A stretch of DNA of 64,000 bases, from positions 864,001-928,000 of the forward strand of contig OZ219926.1 of the NCBI GenBank assembly GCA_964291405.2, given 5' to 3'. This DNA is from Thermodesulfobacteriota bacterium. Its GTDB lineage: Bacteria > Desulfobacterota > Binatia > Bin18. The notes beneath the pieces were generated by a model. The model was not told the origin of the DNA. It ran no database searches and was given only the letters and a program-made list of their open reading frames with translations. Both the position numbers and the translations under genes were made by a program. This document shows positions 29,606 through 40,077 of the stretch, piece after piece (positions within the stretch are counted from its first letter, which is position 1; every line of letters begins with the position of its first letter).

Positions 29606-30751
29606 GTGAGTAACAGACACCTTGAACTCGGCGTCTTCGCCCCCACCATTGGCTGCGCGCCCTCATTTGGCAAAAATGCTTTTGTCCTGGTCTCGTCCGC
29701 CGAGCAGCGTACCGAGCCGACCTATGACTACAACCTTCGCCTCGCTCAACTCCTCGACCAGAGCGGCCTTGAAATTTTTTTCATGGCCCAACGGGGTGGG
29801 GCGGGCTTTGGTCCGGCACGTTTCTGGAGTTACTCGCTCGACTCGTTTACCACGGCCGCCGGCCTGGCCATGGCCACCCAGAATCTCCAGCTCATCTCCA
29901 CGGTCCACACCGCCTTTTATCATCCCGGCATGGTGGCCCGCATAGGCGCCACTTTGGATCAGATCAGCCAAGGCCGCTGGGCGCTGAACATCGTCAGTGG
30001 CTGGGCGGAGCAGGACTTTCGCATGCTCGATATCCCCCTGCTGGAGCACGATAAGCGCTATGCGCAGTCCACGGAGTTTGTTGAGGTCCTCAAGAAATTC
30101 TGGACCGAGGACTGGTTTGATTATGCGGGCGAGTTTTTCTCCATCAGCCAGGGCACCTGCCATCCGAAACCGGCCCGACCGCCGCTGCTGTATAATGCCG
30201 GGAGCTCGCCGGTTGGCCGGGATTTTGCCGCCCAGCATTGCGACTGGTATTTTGCCGGAGCCCAGTCACCGGAACTCCTGGCCCAGGAAGTGTCCGACGT
30301 TCGCGCCCGGGCAGCCAAACAGGGCCGTGAGGTAAAAGTCATCATCTATCTCTTTGTCTTATGCCGAGATACGGAAGAAGCCGCCCGCTCGGAAGTCGAA
30401 GAGATATTTGCCCACGCGGAGTTCGATAGCGCCCGCGAGTGGCTGGAAACCTTAACCGGCCAAACGGTGGGCACCGTCGCCTCGACCCTGGGTCAGGGCA
30501 TTTCCGTCGAAGACATGCTGCGGAGCGTTATTCTCGGGGTCGGCAGCGGCAAGCTGATTGGAACCCCGGAGCAGGTCGCCCATGCCCTCGCCCAGTTTCA
30601 TGCGGCTGGCGCCGATGCGGTCGGCTTGACATTCAGACATGTTGAAGAAGAGCTGAGAGACTTTATTGCCAGCGTCGTTCCCCTTCTCGAACGTGAGGGC
30701 GTCCGCCGTCCACGCACGCTCGAAGCGGACTCGCTCAGGGCATCCGGCTGA
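29606..30751 (+). CDS. LLM class flavin-dependent monooxygenase (SsuD/SfnG/RutA-like)
   Basis: ATLDQISQGR..NIVSGW, NAGSSPVGRDFAA. Confidence 0.88.
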   Translation: MSNRHLELGVFAPTIGCAPSFGKNAFVLVSSAEQRTEPTYDYNLRLAQLLDQSGLEIFFMAQRGGAGFGPARFWSYSLDSFTTAAGLAMATQNLQLISTVHTAFYHPGMVARIGATLDQISQGRWALNIVSGWAEQDFRMLDIPLLEHDKRYAQSTEFVEVLKKFWTEDWFDYAGEFFSISQGTCHPKPARPPLLYNAGSSPVGRDFAAQHCDWYFAGAQSPELLAQEVSDVRARAAKQGREVKVIIYLFVLCRDTEEAARSEVEEIFAHAEFDSAREWLETLTGQTVGTVASTLGQGISVEDMLRSVILGVGSGKLIGTPEQVAHALAQFHAAGADAVGLTFRHVEEELRDFIASVVPLLEREGVRRPRTLEADSLRASG

Positions 30752-30770
30752 GCGGTTTGTCCACCCCGGC

Positions 30771-31277
30771 TCAACCGATCTCCTTCTCATACGTGACGGA
30801 AGACTGGAGGCGATCCTCGGGAATATCGTAATATGCCCGGAGGACGGCCTCCGGGTCTGCTGAAAGCGCATAACCGGCGCCTTCCAGCGCCTTCCGCGCT
30901 TTGTAATTGCCGGTATAGGTGCCAACCACGATCCGGCGTACTCCGCAAATCTGCTGCTCTATATATGCCCGCAGCAGAGAGCCGATCCCGCTCCGCTGCC
31001 GGTCGGGCAGGATATACGCGTGACGCAGGAGCGCCACATCTTTGACATATTCCAGACCCATTACACCAAGGAGCGCATCCGGGGTAAAGGCTCCATACCA
31101 GGTGAGACGTTTCGTCTCTTTAGCCCAGTCGTCTTGTGTCATCTCCGGGTCGTGATATTCCTCGGCGGGCAGAAACTCCCGGTACCAGCGTGCCGCAGTA
31201 TTAATGACCGCCAGGGCGGCCTCACGGTCGCCTTCGGTCAGTTGCCGTATCCGTATGTCACTCGGTACGTCAGCCAT
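30771..31277 (-). CDS. GNAT N-acetyltransferase
   Basis: RHAYILPDRQRSGIGS. Confidence 0.82.
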   Translation of the reverse strand: MADVPSDIRIRQLTEGDREAALAVINTAARWYREFLPAEEYHDPEMTQDDWAKETKRLTWYGAFTPDALLGVMGLEYVKDVALLRHAYILPDRQRSGIGSLLRAYIEQQICGVRRIVVGTYTGNYKARKALEGAGYALSADPEAVLRAYYDIPEDRLQSSVTYEKEIG

Positions 31278-31308
31278 GAAGCGCTTCCAATCTTTTCGGA
31301 CAGGCCGT

Positions 31309-32421
31309 CTACTTGCCCTGATAGCTGATCCGATAAATCACTCCAGCACGGTCATCGGACACCAGCAGCGCTCCATCCGGCATCACCAGGACGTCAACCG
31401 GACGCCCCCAGGCTCCATCTTCTTGGAGCCAACCCTCGGCAAAGACTTCGTAACTCGTTGCAGTATTATTCTCCAGGCGGACCAGCATCACCCGATAGCC
31501 TATTGGGGTGCTACGGTTCCACGAGCCGTGCTCGGCAATAAAAATCTGGTTCCGGTAGGAAGTCGGAAACATCGAGCCGGTATAAAAACGCATACCCAAC
31601 GGCGCAACGTGTGGTCCGAGTTCCTGCGCAGGTGGGGTAAATGCGGTACAGGGCCGCTCTTGCCCAAAGTCCGGGTCGGAGATGCTGCTACCGTGACAGT
31701 ACGGAAACCCGAAGTGCAAGTCGGGCTGGGGAGCCCGATTGAGTTCACACGGTGGGGAATCATCGCCCAGCCAGTCTCGCCCGTTGTCCGTAAACCAGAG
31801 TTCCTGGGTTTCAGGATGCCAGTCAAACCCAACGGTATTGCGCACGCCACGGGCATAGTTTTCCAGCGCGCTGCCGTCCGGCTTCATACGGAGAATCGAG
31901 GCGTAGCGCGGGTCACTCTTGGTACACACATTACACGGGGCACCAACCGGGACGTACAATAAATCATCGGGTCCGAACCGGATAAACTTCCAGCCGTGCC
32001 ATGTGTCACGCGGGAGCGTATCGTTCACCACAACCGGCGGGGGCGGGTTGCCGAGGCGGGCCTCAATATCATCATAACGGAGAACACGGTTGACCTCGGC
32101 CACGTACAGCGCACCGTCACGAAAGGCCACACCACTCGGCATGAATAAGCCCTCGGCAAGCGTATGCACGGCATCCGCCCGCTGATCCTGATCCTGATCG
32201 ACAACCGCATAGACCTTTCCCGCACGCTGGGTGCCGACAAAGACTGTCCCCCGATCCCCTAAGGCGAGCGCGCGCGCATTTGGGACACGGGGCGCATATA
32301 CGGCAATCTGAAAGCCGGGAGGCAAAGAAATCCGAGCAAGCGGAGAAGACTGCGCCCGGACAGCACTTGCTCCACCCACGATCAAGAGACCAATCAGAAT
32401 ACACACCCGGCCGAAAACCAT
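31309..32421 (-). CDS. PQQ-dependent sugar/L-sorbosone dehydrogenase family
   Basis: Signal peptide; GAPCNVC, GVRNTVGFDW, AEHGSWNR, GRPVDV. Confidence 0.88.
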   Translation of the reverse strand: MVFGRVCILIGLLIVGGASAVRAQSSPLARISLPPGFQIAVYAPRVPNARALALGDRGTVFVGTQRAGKVYAVVDQDQDQRADAVHTLAEGLFMPSGVAFRDGALYVAEVNRVLRYDDIEARLGNPPPPVVVNDTLPRDTWHGWKFIRFGPDDLLYVPVGAPCNVCTKSDPRYASILRMKPDGSALENYARGVRNTVGFDWHPETQELWFTDNGRDWLGDDSPPCELNRAPQPDLHFGFPYCHGSSISDPDFGQERPCTAFTPPAQELGPHVAPLGMRFYTGSMFPTSYRNQIFIAEHGSWNRSTPIGYRVMLVRLENNTATSYEVFAEGWLQEDGAWGRPVDVLVMPDGALLVSDDRAGVIYRISYQGK

Positions 32422-32534
32422 CTTCAGATTCCTACCCGCCCTTCACGTAGTGTTCAACAGGGACAGGGTGCTTCCCTCTCGCTTGAGCGACCCTGGTCCG
32501 ATATGCTGCCGTCACTCATCTTTCTACAATCACC

Positions 32535-33863
32535 TTGCTCAAACCATCTTTTCTCATACCATCAAGGACACCCACATTGTCGCACGCCTCTTCGCCAAAC
32601 ACAGCACCCTCCCCCTCGACTCCCCCTGACGCCTCTCAGGGCCTTCCCCCGTCTTCCGACCAATCGCACACACCGGTCCTTCTGCCAGCACCCTACTTCT
32701 GGTTTCTGGCCGGAACCGGTAGCTGGTTCATGGCCATTGGGATGCAAAGCGTTCTTTTTTCCTGGTTGGTGGTCGGCGTTCTCAAGGCCGAGGCGGAGTG
32801 GGTCGGGATCACCCAAAGTGCGATGATGATTCCGGCAGTCCTTTTGGCCCTGCCCGGTGGAACCATTGCCGACCGCTACGACCAACGGCGTATGCTGATG
32901 ATCCTGCACCTGATTGCGAGCGGTATTTCTGCCGGCCTTTTCCTGGCCGTTGCCAACGCCTGGTTGTCCATTCCGCTTCTCATCGCCTATGCCATTGGGA
33001 TGGGCACGGTGCAGGCATTTGTCATGCCCGCCCGTGACGCGCAACTCTCTCAGGTCGCGGGCTCCAATATGCTGCGCTCGGTGACCGGGATGACCATGAC
33101 GCAGTGGGGCATGCAGATACTCGGCTCTCTCCTGGCAGGGACGGCACGCTGGATCGGGACGGTGCCGGCCTTGGGCCTGCACAGTCTTGTGCTACTGGCC
33201 GGTATTCCGCCGTTACAGCAGCTGTCCAGCCCGAAGAAACGCCAGTCACAGGGCAGTCTGCATCTCTCGGACGTAATTGAAGGGGTACGAGAGGTCCGAC
33301 AGTCCCCGGCACTCTCGGCCACGCTGCTGCTCGCAGTTGCGGTCGGCATTTTCTTTATTGGCCCATTCCTGGTGGTCCTGCCCCTTTTAATCCGGGACTT
33401 CTACCACGGCGGAGTGGACCAACTGGCCCTCCTCAATATGACCTTTCCGCTGGGAACAATTCTTGGCTCCCTGGGCATGCTCTGGGCGGGCGGAATTCGA
33501 CATAAGGGTGAAGCCCAAATCGTGTCCCTCCTCTTCGGCGCGGGCTGCCTCTTTATGGTTTCGTTCGGCTTGCCCTTTTGGGGTACTATGCTGGCCGTTT
33601 GTGCCTGGGGAGTCAGCGCCGCCCTCTTTATCAACGCCGGCCGGACGGTGTATCAGGAGCAGGCCAGCGTCGCGAATCGCGCCCGCGTGCTGTCTATCTA
33701 TACCATCGGTTTTATGGGAGCCGCCGGCATACTCGGGGCTCCCCTCTCCGGGGTCCTGGTCGACGCTATCGGCCCTCTGACGACCTGCGTCGTTATGAGC
33801 AGCGCCATGGTCGTCGTGGTTGGGTTCGTTTTTCTCCGGACAGCAATCCGGCAGGTCGCATAG
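32535..33863 (+). CDS. MFS transporter (start uncertain)
   Basis: GGTIADRYDQRR motif A; about 12 TM segments. Confidence 0.85.
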   Translation: MLKPSFLIPSRTPTLSHASSPNTAPSPSTPPDASQGLPPSSDQSHTPVLLPAPYFWFLAGTGSWFMAIGMQSVLFSWLVVGVLKAEAEWVGITQSAMMIPAVLLALPGGTIADRYDQRRMLMILHLIASGISAGLFLAVANAWLSIPLLIAYAIGMGTVQAFVMPARDAQLSQVAGSNMLRSVTGMTMTQWGMQILGSLLAGTARWIGTVPALGLHSLVLLAGIPPLQQLSSPKKRQSQGSLHLSDVIEGVREVRQSPALSATLLLAVAVGIFFIGPFLVVLPLLIRDFYHGGVDQLALLNMTFPLGTILGSLGMLWAGGIRHKGEAQIVSLLFGAGCLFMVSFGLPFWGTMLAVCAWGVSAALFINAGRTVYQEQASVANRARVLSIYTIGFMGAAGILGAPLSGVLVDAIGPLTTCVVMSSAMVVVVGFVFLRTAIRQVA

Positions 33864-33885
33864 GGAGGCGACCCGACAGCGTCGC

Positions 33886-34056
33886 CTAGAGCAAATTACG
33901 ATTCCGTGTAGCCGCCCGTCATTCCTGCGCAAGCAGGAATCCAGCCCAGCCCCTCGGCCTCTGGATGCCGGATCAAAGCCTGCCCCGGACATGATCCGGG
34001 GTCCGGCATGACGAAGACGGAATAATATGGCTACAACTTATCGTAAACCGCGCTAG
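33886..34056. mobile_element. CTAG-bounded MITE with palindromic GTCATTCCTGCG..GGAATCC cargo
   Basis: Imperfect 28-bp TIRs (20/28): CTAGAGCAAATTACGATTCCGTGTAGCC vs CTAGCGCGGTTTACGATAAGTTGTAGCC. Confidence 0.75.
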
Positions 34057-35366
34057 CGTCCCATTTCCATCAGGGCGTTGGTCGTATGCGAATCCGGGTC
34101 CGCTCCTCTGACTCCGGCTTCGTTGAAATAGGGCTCCCCTTCCCATTCTGACGGGCTTTGTTCGGTCGAGGGAATTTCACCCACCGTGGCCAGCATTTTC
34201 TGAAAATCAACCATCACGAAGTTGGGGACAAACAGTTGTTCTTCCTGGTAGTTATAGCGCGCCCCGGAGAGCGGGTTGGACGGATAGCCGGGGTGTGGTT
34301 TCTTTGTCACAAAGGCACAGTGGACGAGCCCCTTTTGGAGTTCTCCATTCGTATCGTACATCTCGGCGATCCCGACACCGAAGGTTTCCTGGTCAACGTA
34401 CAGCACGCGTTTTGAATAGGCGTACTTTCTGGGAAAGTTAAGCGGCGTGGCCTCCACCACCCACACCCGCCGCTTTTCCCAGCTCACGCACGGCAACGCC
34501 GCCAGGAGGCCCTGGCCCGTGTCCCGCCGGCCGCACCATTCAGCCGGGTCCCCATAGCGACCGCTGTGCAGCACCCCAAGAACGTCTTTTTCCGCCAGGA
34601 GCTTGAAATCCCAGCTTCCGATTTTCGCATTAAAGCCGTAAAACGAGTCAAGATCATAATCCGAGCCCCAAATACTGGCGCTGCGGTCCGCCACACTAAT
34701 CCGCCGCACGCGGCGCAGTTGCGGCGAGTAGACGTAGGTGTCATCTGCCGCACTCGCCGGGATATAGCGAAATTCGAGCACGGCCAGTCCCTTATGGCGG
34801 TTGGGCAACACCAGCGGCCCCCACATATGACTATGCCGCACCGCAGGATTGTGAGGGATGATGGGCTTCGGGTCCGCGTACAGGCGCCCCGTCCACATCA
34901 CCCGCCGCCACGAATTCTCAAAGGACTGGTCCACATTACCCTGGCTGTTGACGAGATGGGCGACATAGCTCGCCCCGATATTGTCGATGCTATAGGGCGG
35001 CTGGGCATGGTTCCACATGATCTTGTATCCGGCCAGATGGTCCTGGGCATCAATGACGGGAAACGGCGCCCCGGCAATATAGTTTGCGATTTCCCGTCCA
35101 TCGGCAGAGATGACAACCTGCCCCGCGTATCGTTCCGTTGCTTCCTGATACGCTCGGGGCCAGGTGTAGGGACGCGGCTCGCCGATCCACATCGTCATGC
35201 CCTGCTCCAGCATCCAGCGCGTGGACGGGGTGAGCAGGTCGGCGGCCTGGGCCATATTGGCCGCGGTAATAGTGTCACCCGGACTGACATCCGCCCGGCC
35301 AGACGGCACTGCCCCGAACACCAGGACAGTGAGACTCAGCAGCGTGCACCCTAGCTTGCTCTGCAT
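34053..35366 (-). CDS. DUF1329 domain protein
   Basis: Signal peptide; AGAPFP, KIMWN, YSPQLRRVRR, YSKRVLYVD. Confidence 0.82.
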   Translation of the reverse strand: MQSKLGCTLLSLTVLVFGAVPSGRADVSPGDTITAANMAQAADLLTPSTRWMLEQGMTMWIGEPRPYTWPRAYQEATERYAGQVVISADGREIANYIAGAPFPVIDAQDHLAGYKIMWNHAQPPYSIDNIGASYVAHLVNSQGNVDQSFENSWRRVMWTGRLYADPKPIIPHNPAVRHSHMWGPLVLPNRHKGLAVLEFRYIPASAADDTYVYSPQLRRVRRISVADRSASIWGSDYDLDSFYGFNAKIGSWDFKLLAEKDVLGVLHSGRYGDPAEWCGRRDTGQGLLAALPCVSWEKRRVWVVEATPLNFPRKYAYSKRVLYVDQETFGVGIAEMYDTNGELQKGLVHCAFVTKKPHPGYPSNPLSGARYNYQEEQLFVPNFVMVDFQKMLATVGEIPSTEQSPSEWEGEPYFNEAGVRGADPDSHTTNALMEMGR

Positions 35367-35538
35367 ACGCTTCCCTTCCTTTTGCAACATGTATAGTCCC
35401 GGCCAGCCCCCAGCATAGCCCGTCAACGCACTCGCCTAAAGGACCACCTGCAATCGCGTCCGGCCCGACCGGACTTGCATCTTCGTTTGAGAGGGCTATT
35501 GTTCTCCCCAGTCTTTACACCGAAGAAAGGAGAGCAGT

Positions 35539-36168
35539 ATGAAACTTTACGATTGCCAAATGGCCCCCAACCCCCGTCGGGTGCGTGTTTTTCTGGCAGA
35601 AAAAGGGGTCGATATTCCGAAGACCGAGGTCAGTATTATCGAAGGAGAGAATCTCAAGCCGGAATACCTGGCGGTGAATCCGCGCGGCCTGCTGCCCACG
35701 CTTGAACTCGACGACGGGAACCGTATTGACGAGACCATCGCGATTTGTCGCTATATCGAGGAGACGCAGCCGGAGCCGAACCTCATGGGCCGGGACGCCC
35801 TGGAGAAGGCCCAGATCGAGTCGTGGCAACGCCATATGGAATTCGACGGCCTCAATCCTACGGGCGAGATGTTCCGCAACTCGTTTGACCCCTTTAAGAA
35901 CCGGGGCTTGCCCGGTCTGGAGAACGTCCAGGCTATTCCCGAACTGGCCGTCCGGGGGAAGGCCGGCGTGGAGCGTTTTTATGAGCGGCTGGAACAACGC
36001 CTCAGCCAGAGCACCTATATTGCCGGGGAGCGGTACACCGTTGCCGATATCACCGCGCTGTGTGTGGTCGATTTTGCCAGTTTCGCCAAGATGGGCATTC
36101 CCGAGGCCAATACCAACACCAAGCGCTGGCACGCGGACGTTTCCTCACGACCGAGCGCCAAGGCGTAA
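35539..36168 (+). CDS. Glutathione S-transferase family protein
   Basis: APNPRRVR, NPRGLLP, ETIAICRYIE, TVADI. Confidence 0.9.
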   Translation: MKLYDCQMAPNPRRVRVFLAEKGVDIPKTEVSIIEGENLKPEYLAVNPRGLLPTLELDDGNRIDETIAICRYIEETQPEPNLMGRDALEKAQIESWQRHMEFDGLNPTGEMFRNSFDPFKNRGLPGLENVQAIPELAVRGKAGVERFYERLEQRLSQSTYIAGERYTVADITALCVVDFASFAKMGIPEANTNTKRWHADVSSRPSAKA

Positions 36169-36276
36169 CCGTTCTCCTATTTTTCCTCCCTCTCCCTCTG
36201 GGAGAGGGCTGGGGCTTCCCTACTCTCAAAGCCAACTCCTTGCCCTCCTCCCCGCTGGTGGGTATGGTGAACCACC

Positions 36277-36519
36277 ATGAGTGTTGAATTGATCAGCGTC
36301 CTGATAGCCGTCCTTGCGGTCGGAGCAACCCTGGCCGGTTTGATGCTGAGCGGGCAACGGGCCATCCGTGCCGAACCCGCCACCCAGCGTAAGGAATTCA
36401 GCGAACGGTTCACCGCCCTGGAGCAGCAAATCGCCGAACTACGTGAGCGCATGGCCCATCTCGGAGGGCTACTGGACGGCCTGCGCGAGGCCATCGCCAT
36501 CCGACAGGGAGCCGCGTAA
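36277..36519 (+). CDS. Small TM + coiled-coil hypothetical protein
   Basis: MSVELISVLIAVLAVG anchor; LRERMAHL..LLDGLREAI. Confidence 0.7.
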   Translation: MSVELISVLIAVLAVGATLAGLMLSGQRAIRAEPATQRKEFSERFTALEQQIAELRERMAHLGGLLDGLREAIAIRQGAA

Positions 36520-36560
36520 CGGCATCTTTCCCAAGACATTCTTTTGACCAAGCGGCGGTG

Positions 36561-36656
36561 CCCACAGCCACCGCCGCTCACACAGGCATCCCACTCCGCA
36601 AACGTCACTTCATACACCACCACCGCAAATAGCTCCGCAATGGTGACCCGGAACAC
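36561..36656 (-). pseudogene. Remnant of an FGE-sulfatase (SUMF1) domain gene
   Basis: FAV.VYEVTFAEWDACVSGGGC motif without the rest of the domain. Confidence 0.6.
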
Positions 36657-36661
36657 CTCCC

Positions 36662-37144
36662 CTACCTCACCCCTCCCCCTTCCGCCAGTGGCCTCTCTTG
36701 CAGATAACCTTCCAGACCGATGAACAGTTCCTGCATATGGGCGGCGTGCCTGCGGGGGACCCCGGCCAGTCTGTACACCAGACCGTAGAGCGGATTCTTG
36801 GGCACGATCCGCATCTCAAAGGAGAGCAGGGTATATTCCTGTTGCGGAGCAAATCTCCAGACCCCCCACCCGGTGTGAAAGCCCTGAAAATAGGCGACCC
36901 GAATCTGCTCCACAGGGCTCACGGCAGTAATTTCCCAGCCCGTCCATATGCCGGGTACGGGGGTAAACGCGAGGCGGTCGCCGATCCGTTCGCGGCCCTG
37001 GTCAGGCAACTGAGAGGGCTGGAACCGGGGATGAAACTTCCTGGGCCACCACAGCGGATAGTCTTCAAAGGCGAGGATAGCCTCGTACACGCGGGCTCCG
37101 GAGCAGGGGATCAACCGGCTTTCAGAGGTGTGGATGATGGTCAC
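36662..37144 (-). CDS. SRPBCC/START-like protein
   Basis: VYEAILAFEDYPLWWP, GWGVWRF; GTG start inferred. Confidence 0.7.
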   Translation of the reverse strand: MTIIHTSESRLIPCSGARVYEAILAFEDYPLWWPRKFHPRFQPSQLPDQGRERIGDRLAFTPVPGIWTGWEITAVSPVEQIRVAYFQGFHTGWGVWRFAPQQEYTLLSFEMRIVPKNPLYGLVYRLAGVPRRHAAHMQELFIGLEGYLQERPLAEGGGVR

Positions 37145-37174
37145 GGACGAGAAACCTGAGCCGCCCTGAGTGCA

Positions 37175-37256
37175 CTTCGACTTCGCCCCTCTGGGGCTAC
37201 GCTCAGCCCGAACGGTCCTTCCGTTCACCCTGAGCGTAGCGCAAGCGAAGTCGAAG
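37175..37256. repeat. Long palindromic REP/RPE-like element
   Basis: Nested stems CTTCGACTTCGC/GCGAAGTCGAAG, GCTACGCTCAG/CTGAGCGTAGC, GAACGG/CCGTTC. Confidence 0.75.
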
Positions 37257-37309
37257 GGGACCGGGGTGGGTTTGGAACGGTAGTCAGTGGGAATCCGCCC
37301 CGTTTCGAC

Positions 37310-37705
37310 TTAACCCGCCGACCAGTTCTCCATGGAAAAGTTTTCGGGCAGCGGGGCAAACATCACCCGCGCCGATCCCCCGAGCGTACGCGTTTTATGG
37401 CCTTGGCCGGTGACGTCGGCAGCGATAAACGCTTCGCCGGTGCTCCACTGCCGGACCTGATTATCCGTGGTGGTGACTTCCAACGTCCCGGACAGGACAA
37501 CGACGACCTGGCGCGTTGGCGCCTGGTGCCAATCCTGATTCAGCCCTTCGGGCAGGTCGACAAAACACACTCCCGGCGAGGTATAGGTGTTGGATAAGAG
37601 CAGGGTGTGCCCTTCGGCATCTTGTCGCTCGTTCGTGATCGGGATATCAATCTCCTCGAACTGCGACCCGCCAGTCGCGGTTGCTACGAAACGGGTGATT
37701 TTCAT
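37310..37705 (-). CDS. Cupin-like protein
   Basis: WHQAPTRQ..LSGTLEV..DVTGQGH. Confidence 0.8.
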   Translation of the reverse strand: MKITRFVATATGGSQFEEIDIPITNERQDAEGHTLLLSNTYTSPGVCFVDLPEGLNQDWHQAPTRQVVVVLSGTLEVTTTDNQVRQWSTGEAFIAADVTGQGHKTRTLGGSARVMFAPLPENFSMENWSAG

Positions 37706-37792
37706 ATGTCCTCCAATGAGTAAACCTACCTCTCAACAGACATAGAGATATTGGTACGTTTATTCATTCTGTTCTTGTGCAGAGCCTTTCAC

Positions 37793-39355
37793 ATGACTCA
37801 GACAACGGCAACAGACACTCCCGCAGCAGAGGCTCCACCGCCGCCGACCTTTAGCAGACGCCGGGTGATTGGCCTGTTTACCGGAATAGTCCTGCTCCTG
37901 CTGTTTCTCTTGACCGGCCCACCGGCGGATATGAGCGTGGCCGCCTGGCACACCGCAGGTGTGGTTGCCCTGATGGGAGCGTGGTGGGTCACCGAGGCCA
38001 CCCATATTACGGTCACCGGCCTCGTCCCGCTCGTCCTGTTTCCGTTGCTCGATATCTTGAGCGCGCATGAGGTCTCAACCGCGTATGCCGACCACATCGT
38101 CTTTTTATTCTTCGGCGCCTTTTTTCTGGCCATCGCCATGGAGAAATGGCAGCTCCACCGCCGGGTCGCGCTGCTGATCCTGTCCGGTATAGGCCGCTCG
38201 CCCCAGTTGCTCATTCTCGGCTTTCTCAGTACCACCGCCCTGCTCTCCATGTGGGTGTCCAATACCGCCTCAACCATTATCATGCTGCCCATAGCCCTGG
38301 CGGTGCTGCATCATGCCGCAAGCCAGGGCTATGACACCACCCAGGGCTTTGGCATTGCCCTGATGCTCGGCCTGGCCTATAGCGCCTCGATCGGGGGGGT
38401 GAGTACTCCTGTCGGCACCCCGCCCAACGTCGTGTTCATGGGCGCGTTTACCAGACTCTTTCCGGACGCACCGGATATCGGTTTCTTCCAATGGATGCTG
38501 TTTGGCGTGCCGACCGCGGCTCTCATGGTCGTCAGCGTCTGGTTCTATCTGGTCTATATCTATTTCCGGGTGCCGAGTACCGGCTGGCAGGATAACCAGA
38601 CCTTTTTAGCCCAACAGCTCAAGGACCTCGGTCCCATACGCGGTGGAGAACGGCGGGTGTTGCTGTTATCGCTGACCACTGCGCTGCTCTGGATCTTCAG
38701 GAAGGATATTGATTTCGGGGCGCTGTCCTTACCCGGCTGGGCCAGCCTGTTTCCCCACCCGCACCACATCCAGGATTCGACCGTCGCCATACTGGCCGCC
38801 ATCCTGCTGTTTCTTGTCCCGTCCGGACAAAAAAAGGGCGAGTTCCTGCTGACCTGGGATGACACCGCCAAAATTCCGTGGGGGATTCTGGTCCTGCTCG
38901 GCGGCAGTCTCGCCCTGGCCGAGGGCGTGGGACATTCCGGCCTGGCGAACTGGGCCGGCTCCCAACTGTCCTTTCTGCGGGATGTTTCCCCTTTTGTCGC
39001 CATCTTCTCCGTCTGCGCCCTGATGGTCTGGCTGACCGAGTTTACCAGCAATACGGCCACGACAACCCTGGTCATGCCCGTGCTCGCCGCCACCGCGACC
39101 GGCTTGGAGGTTGACCCGTTGTTGCTCATGATCCCCGCCACCTTTGCGGCCTCCTTTGCCTTTATGCTGCCGACCGCCACCGCACCGAACGCCATTATTT
39201 TTGCCAGCGGCCATGTCACCCTGCCGCAAATGTTTGGGGCCGGTTTCGGACTCAATATCCTGAGTATCCTTATTCTGACCGGACTTTTATATGTGATTGG
39301 GGTACCGGCGTTCGGGATCGGGCTGGACAGCCTGCCGGATTGGGTACCGCGGTAG
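37793..39355 (+). CDS. SLC13/DASS Na+-coupled anion symporter
   Basis: SMWVSNTA, GTPPN, TEFTSNTA, ATAPNAI. Confidence 0.92.
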   Translation: MTQTTATDTPAAEAPPPPTFSRRRVIGLFTGIVLLLLFLLTGPPADMSVAAWHTAGVVALMGAWWVTEATHITVTGLVPLVLFPLLDILSAHEVSTAYADHIVFLFFGAFFLAIAMEKWQLHRRVALLILSGIGRSPQLLILGFLSTTALLSMWVSNTASTIIMLPIALAVLHHAASQGYDTTQGFGIALMLGLAYSASIGGVSTPVGTPPNVVFMGAFTRLFPDAPDIGFFQWMLFGVPTAALMVVSVWFYLVYIYFRVPSTGWQDNQTFLAQQLKDLGPIRGGERRVLLLSLTTALLWIFRKDIDFGALSLPGWASLFPHPHHIQDSTVAILAAILLFLVPSGQKKGEFLLTWDDTAKIPWGILVLLGGSLALAEGVGHSGLANWAGSQLSFLRDVSPFVAIFSVCALMVWLTEFTSNTATTTLVMPVLAATATGLEVDPLLLMIPATFAASFAFMLPTATAPNAIIFASGHVTLPQMFGAGFGLNILSILILTGLLYVIGVPAFGIGLDSLPDWVPR

Positions 39356-39361
39356 AGGCCG

Positions 39362-40069
39362 ATGACGAGTCACACACGCATATCTCAGCTCGACTGGCCG
39401 GCCATAGAAGAGTCGCTGTGGATACAGGGCTATGCCACCACGCCTCCGATGCTCACACTCCAGGAATGCACGACACTCGTTCGTCTGTATGCGAAGACCG
39501 CACGATTCCGCAAGCGGGTCAATATGGCTCAGCATCGATTCGGCGTCGGCGAGTACCAGTACTTTGCGGACCCGCTACCGCAGCTCGTCACTCGCCTCAG
39601 AGCGCAGGCCTACCCTCCTCTGGCCCGGATTGCAAATCGCTGGATGGCCGCTCTCAAACAGCCCGAGGCCTTTCCTCCAACGCTGGCGCGTTTCTTACGC
39701 CTCTGCCAGGAACAAGGCCAGGTCAAACCGACCCCCCTGCTCCTGTATTATGAACAGGGCGGCTACAACTGTTTACATCAGGACCTGTATGGGCCCATCG
39801 CCTTTCCCTTGCAAATGACGTTCTGTCTGAGCTGTCCACAGACCGACTATACGGGTGGGGAATTTCTGCTGGTTGAACAACGCCCCCGGGCACAGTCGCG
39901 CGGTATTGCGCTTACCCTGCAGCAAGGGCAAGGTATTATCTTTGCCACGCGCTATCGTCCGGTGCGCGGCACACGCGGCTATTATCGTCTGACCGTCCGG
40001 CATGGCATCAGCACCGTCACCTCCGGTCAGCGCTATACCCTGGGTATTATTTTCCATAATGCCCAATAA
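39362..40069 (+). CDS. 2OG-Fe(II) oxygenase (DUF2086/prolyl hydroxylase-like)
   Basis: NCLHQDLYG, EQRPRAQSR, RHGIS, IIFH. Confidence 0.88.
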   Translation: MTSHTRISQLDWPAIEESLWIQGYATTPPMLTLQECTTLVRLYAKTARFRKRVNMAQHRFGVGEYQYFADPLPQLVTRLRAQAYPPLARIANRWMAALKQPEAFPPTLARFLRLCQEQGQVKPTPLLLYYEQGGYNCLHQDLYGPIAFPLQMTFCLSCPQTDYTGGEFLLVEQRPRAQSRGIALTLQQGQGIIFATRYRPVRGTRGYYRLTVRHGISTVTSGQRYTLGIIFHNAQ

Positions 40070-40077
40070 AGGCTGGT

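Noticed and set aside
33387-33992. ORF beginning MSGAGFDPASRGRGAGLDSCLRRND
   Set aside because: It is a translation of the palindromic repeat read into the antisense strand of the MFS gene.
37145-37228. N-terminal extension of the SRPBCC ORF (MNGRTVRAERS...)
   Set aside because: Derived from the REP palindrome; GTG at 37144 is the more plausible start.
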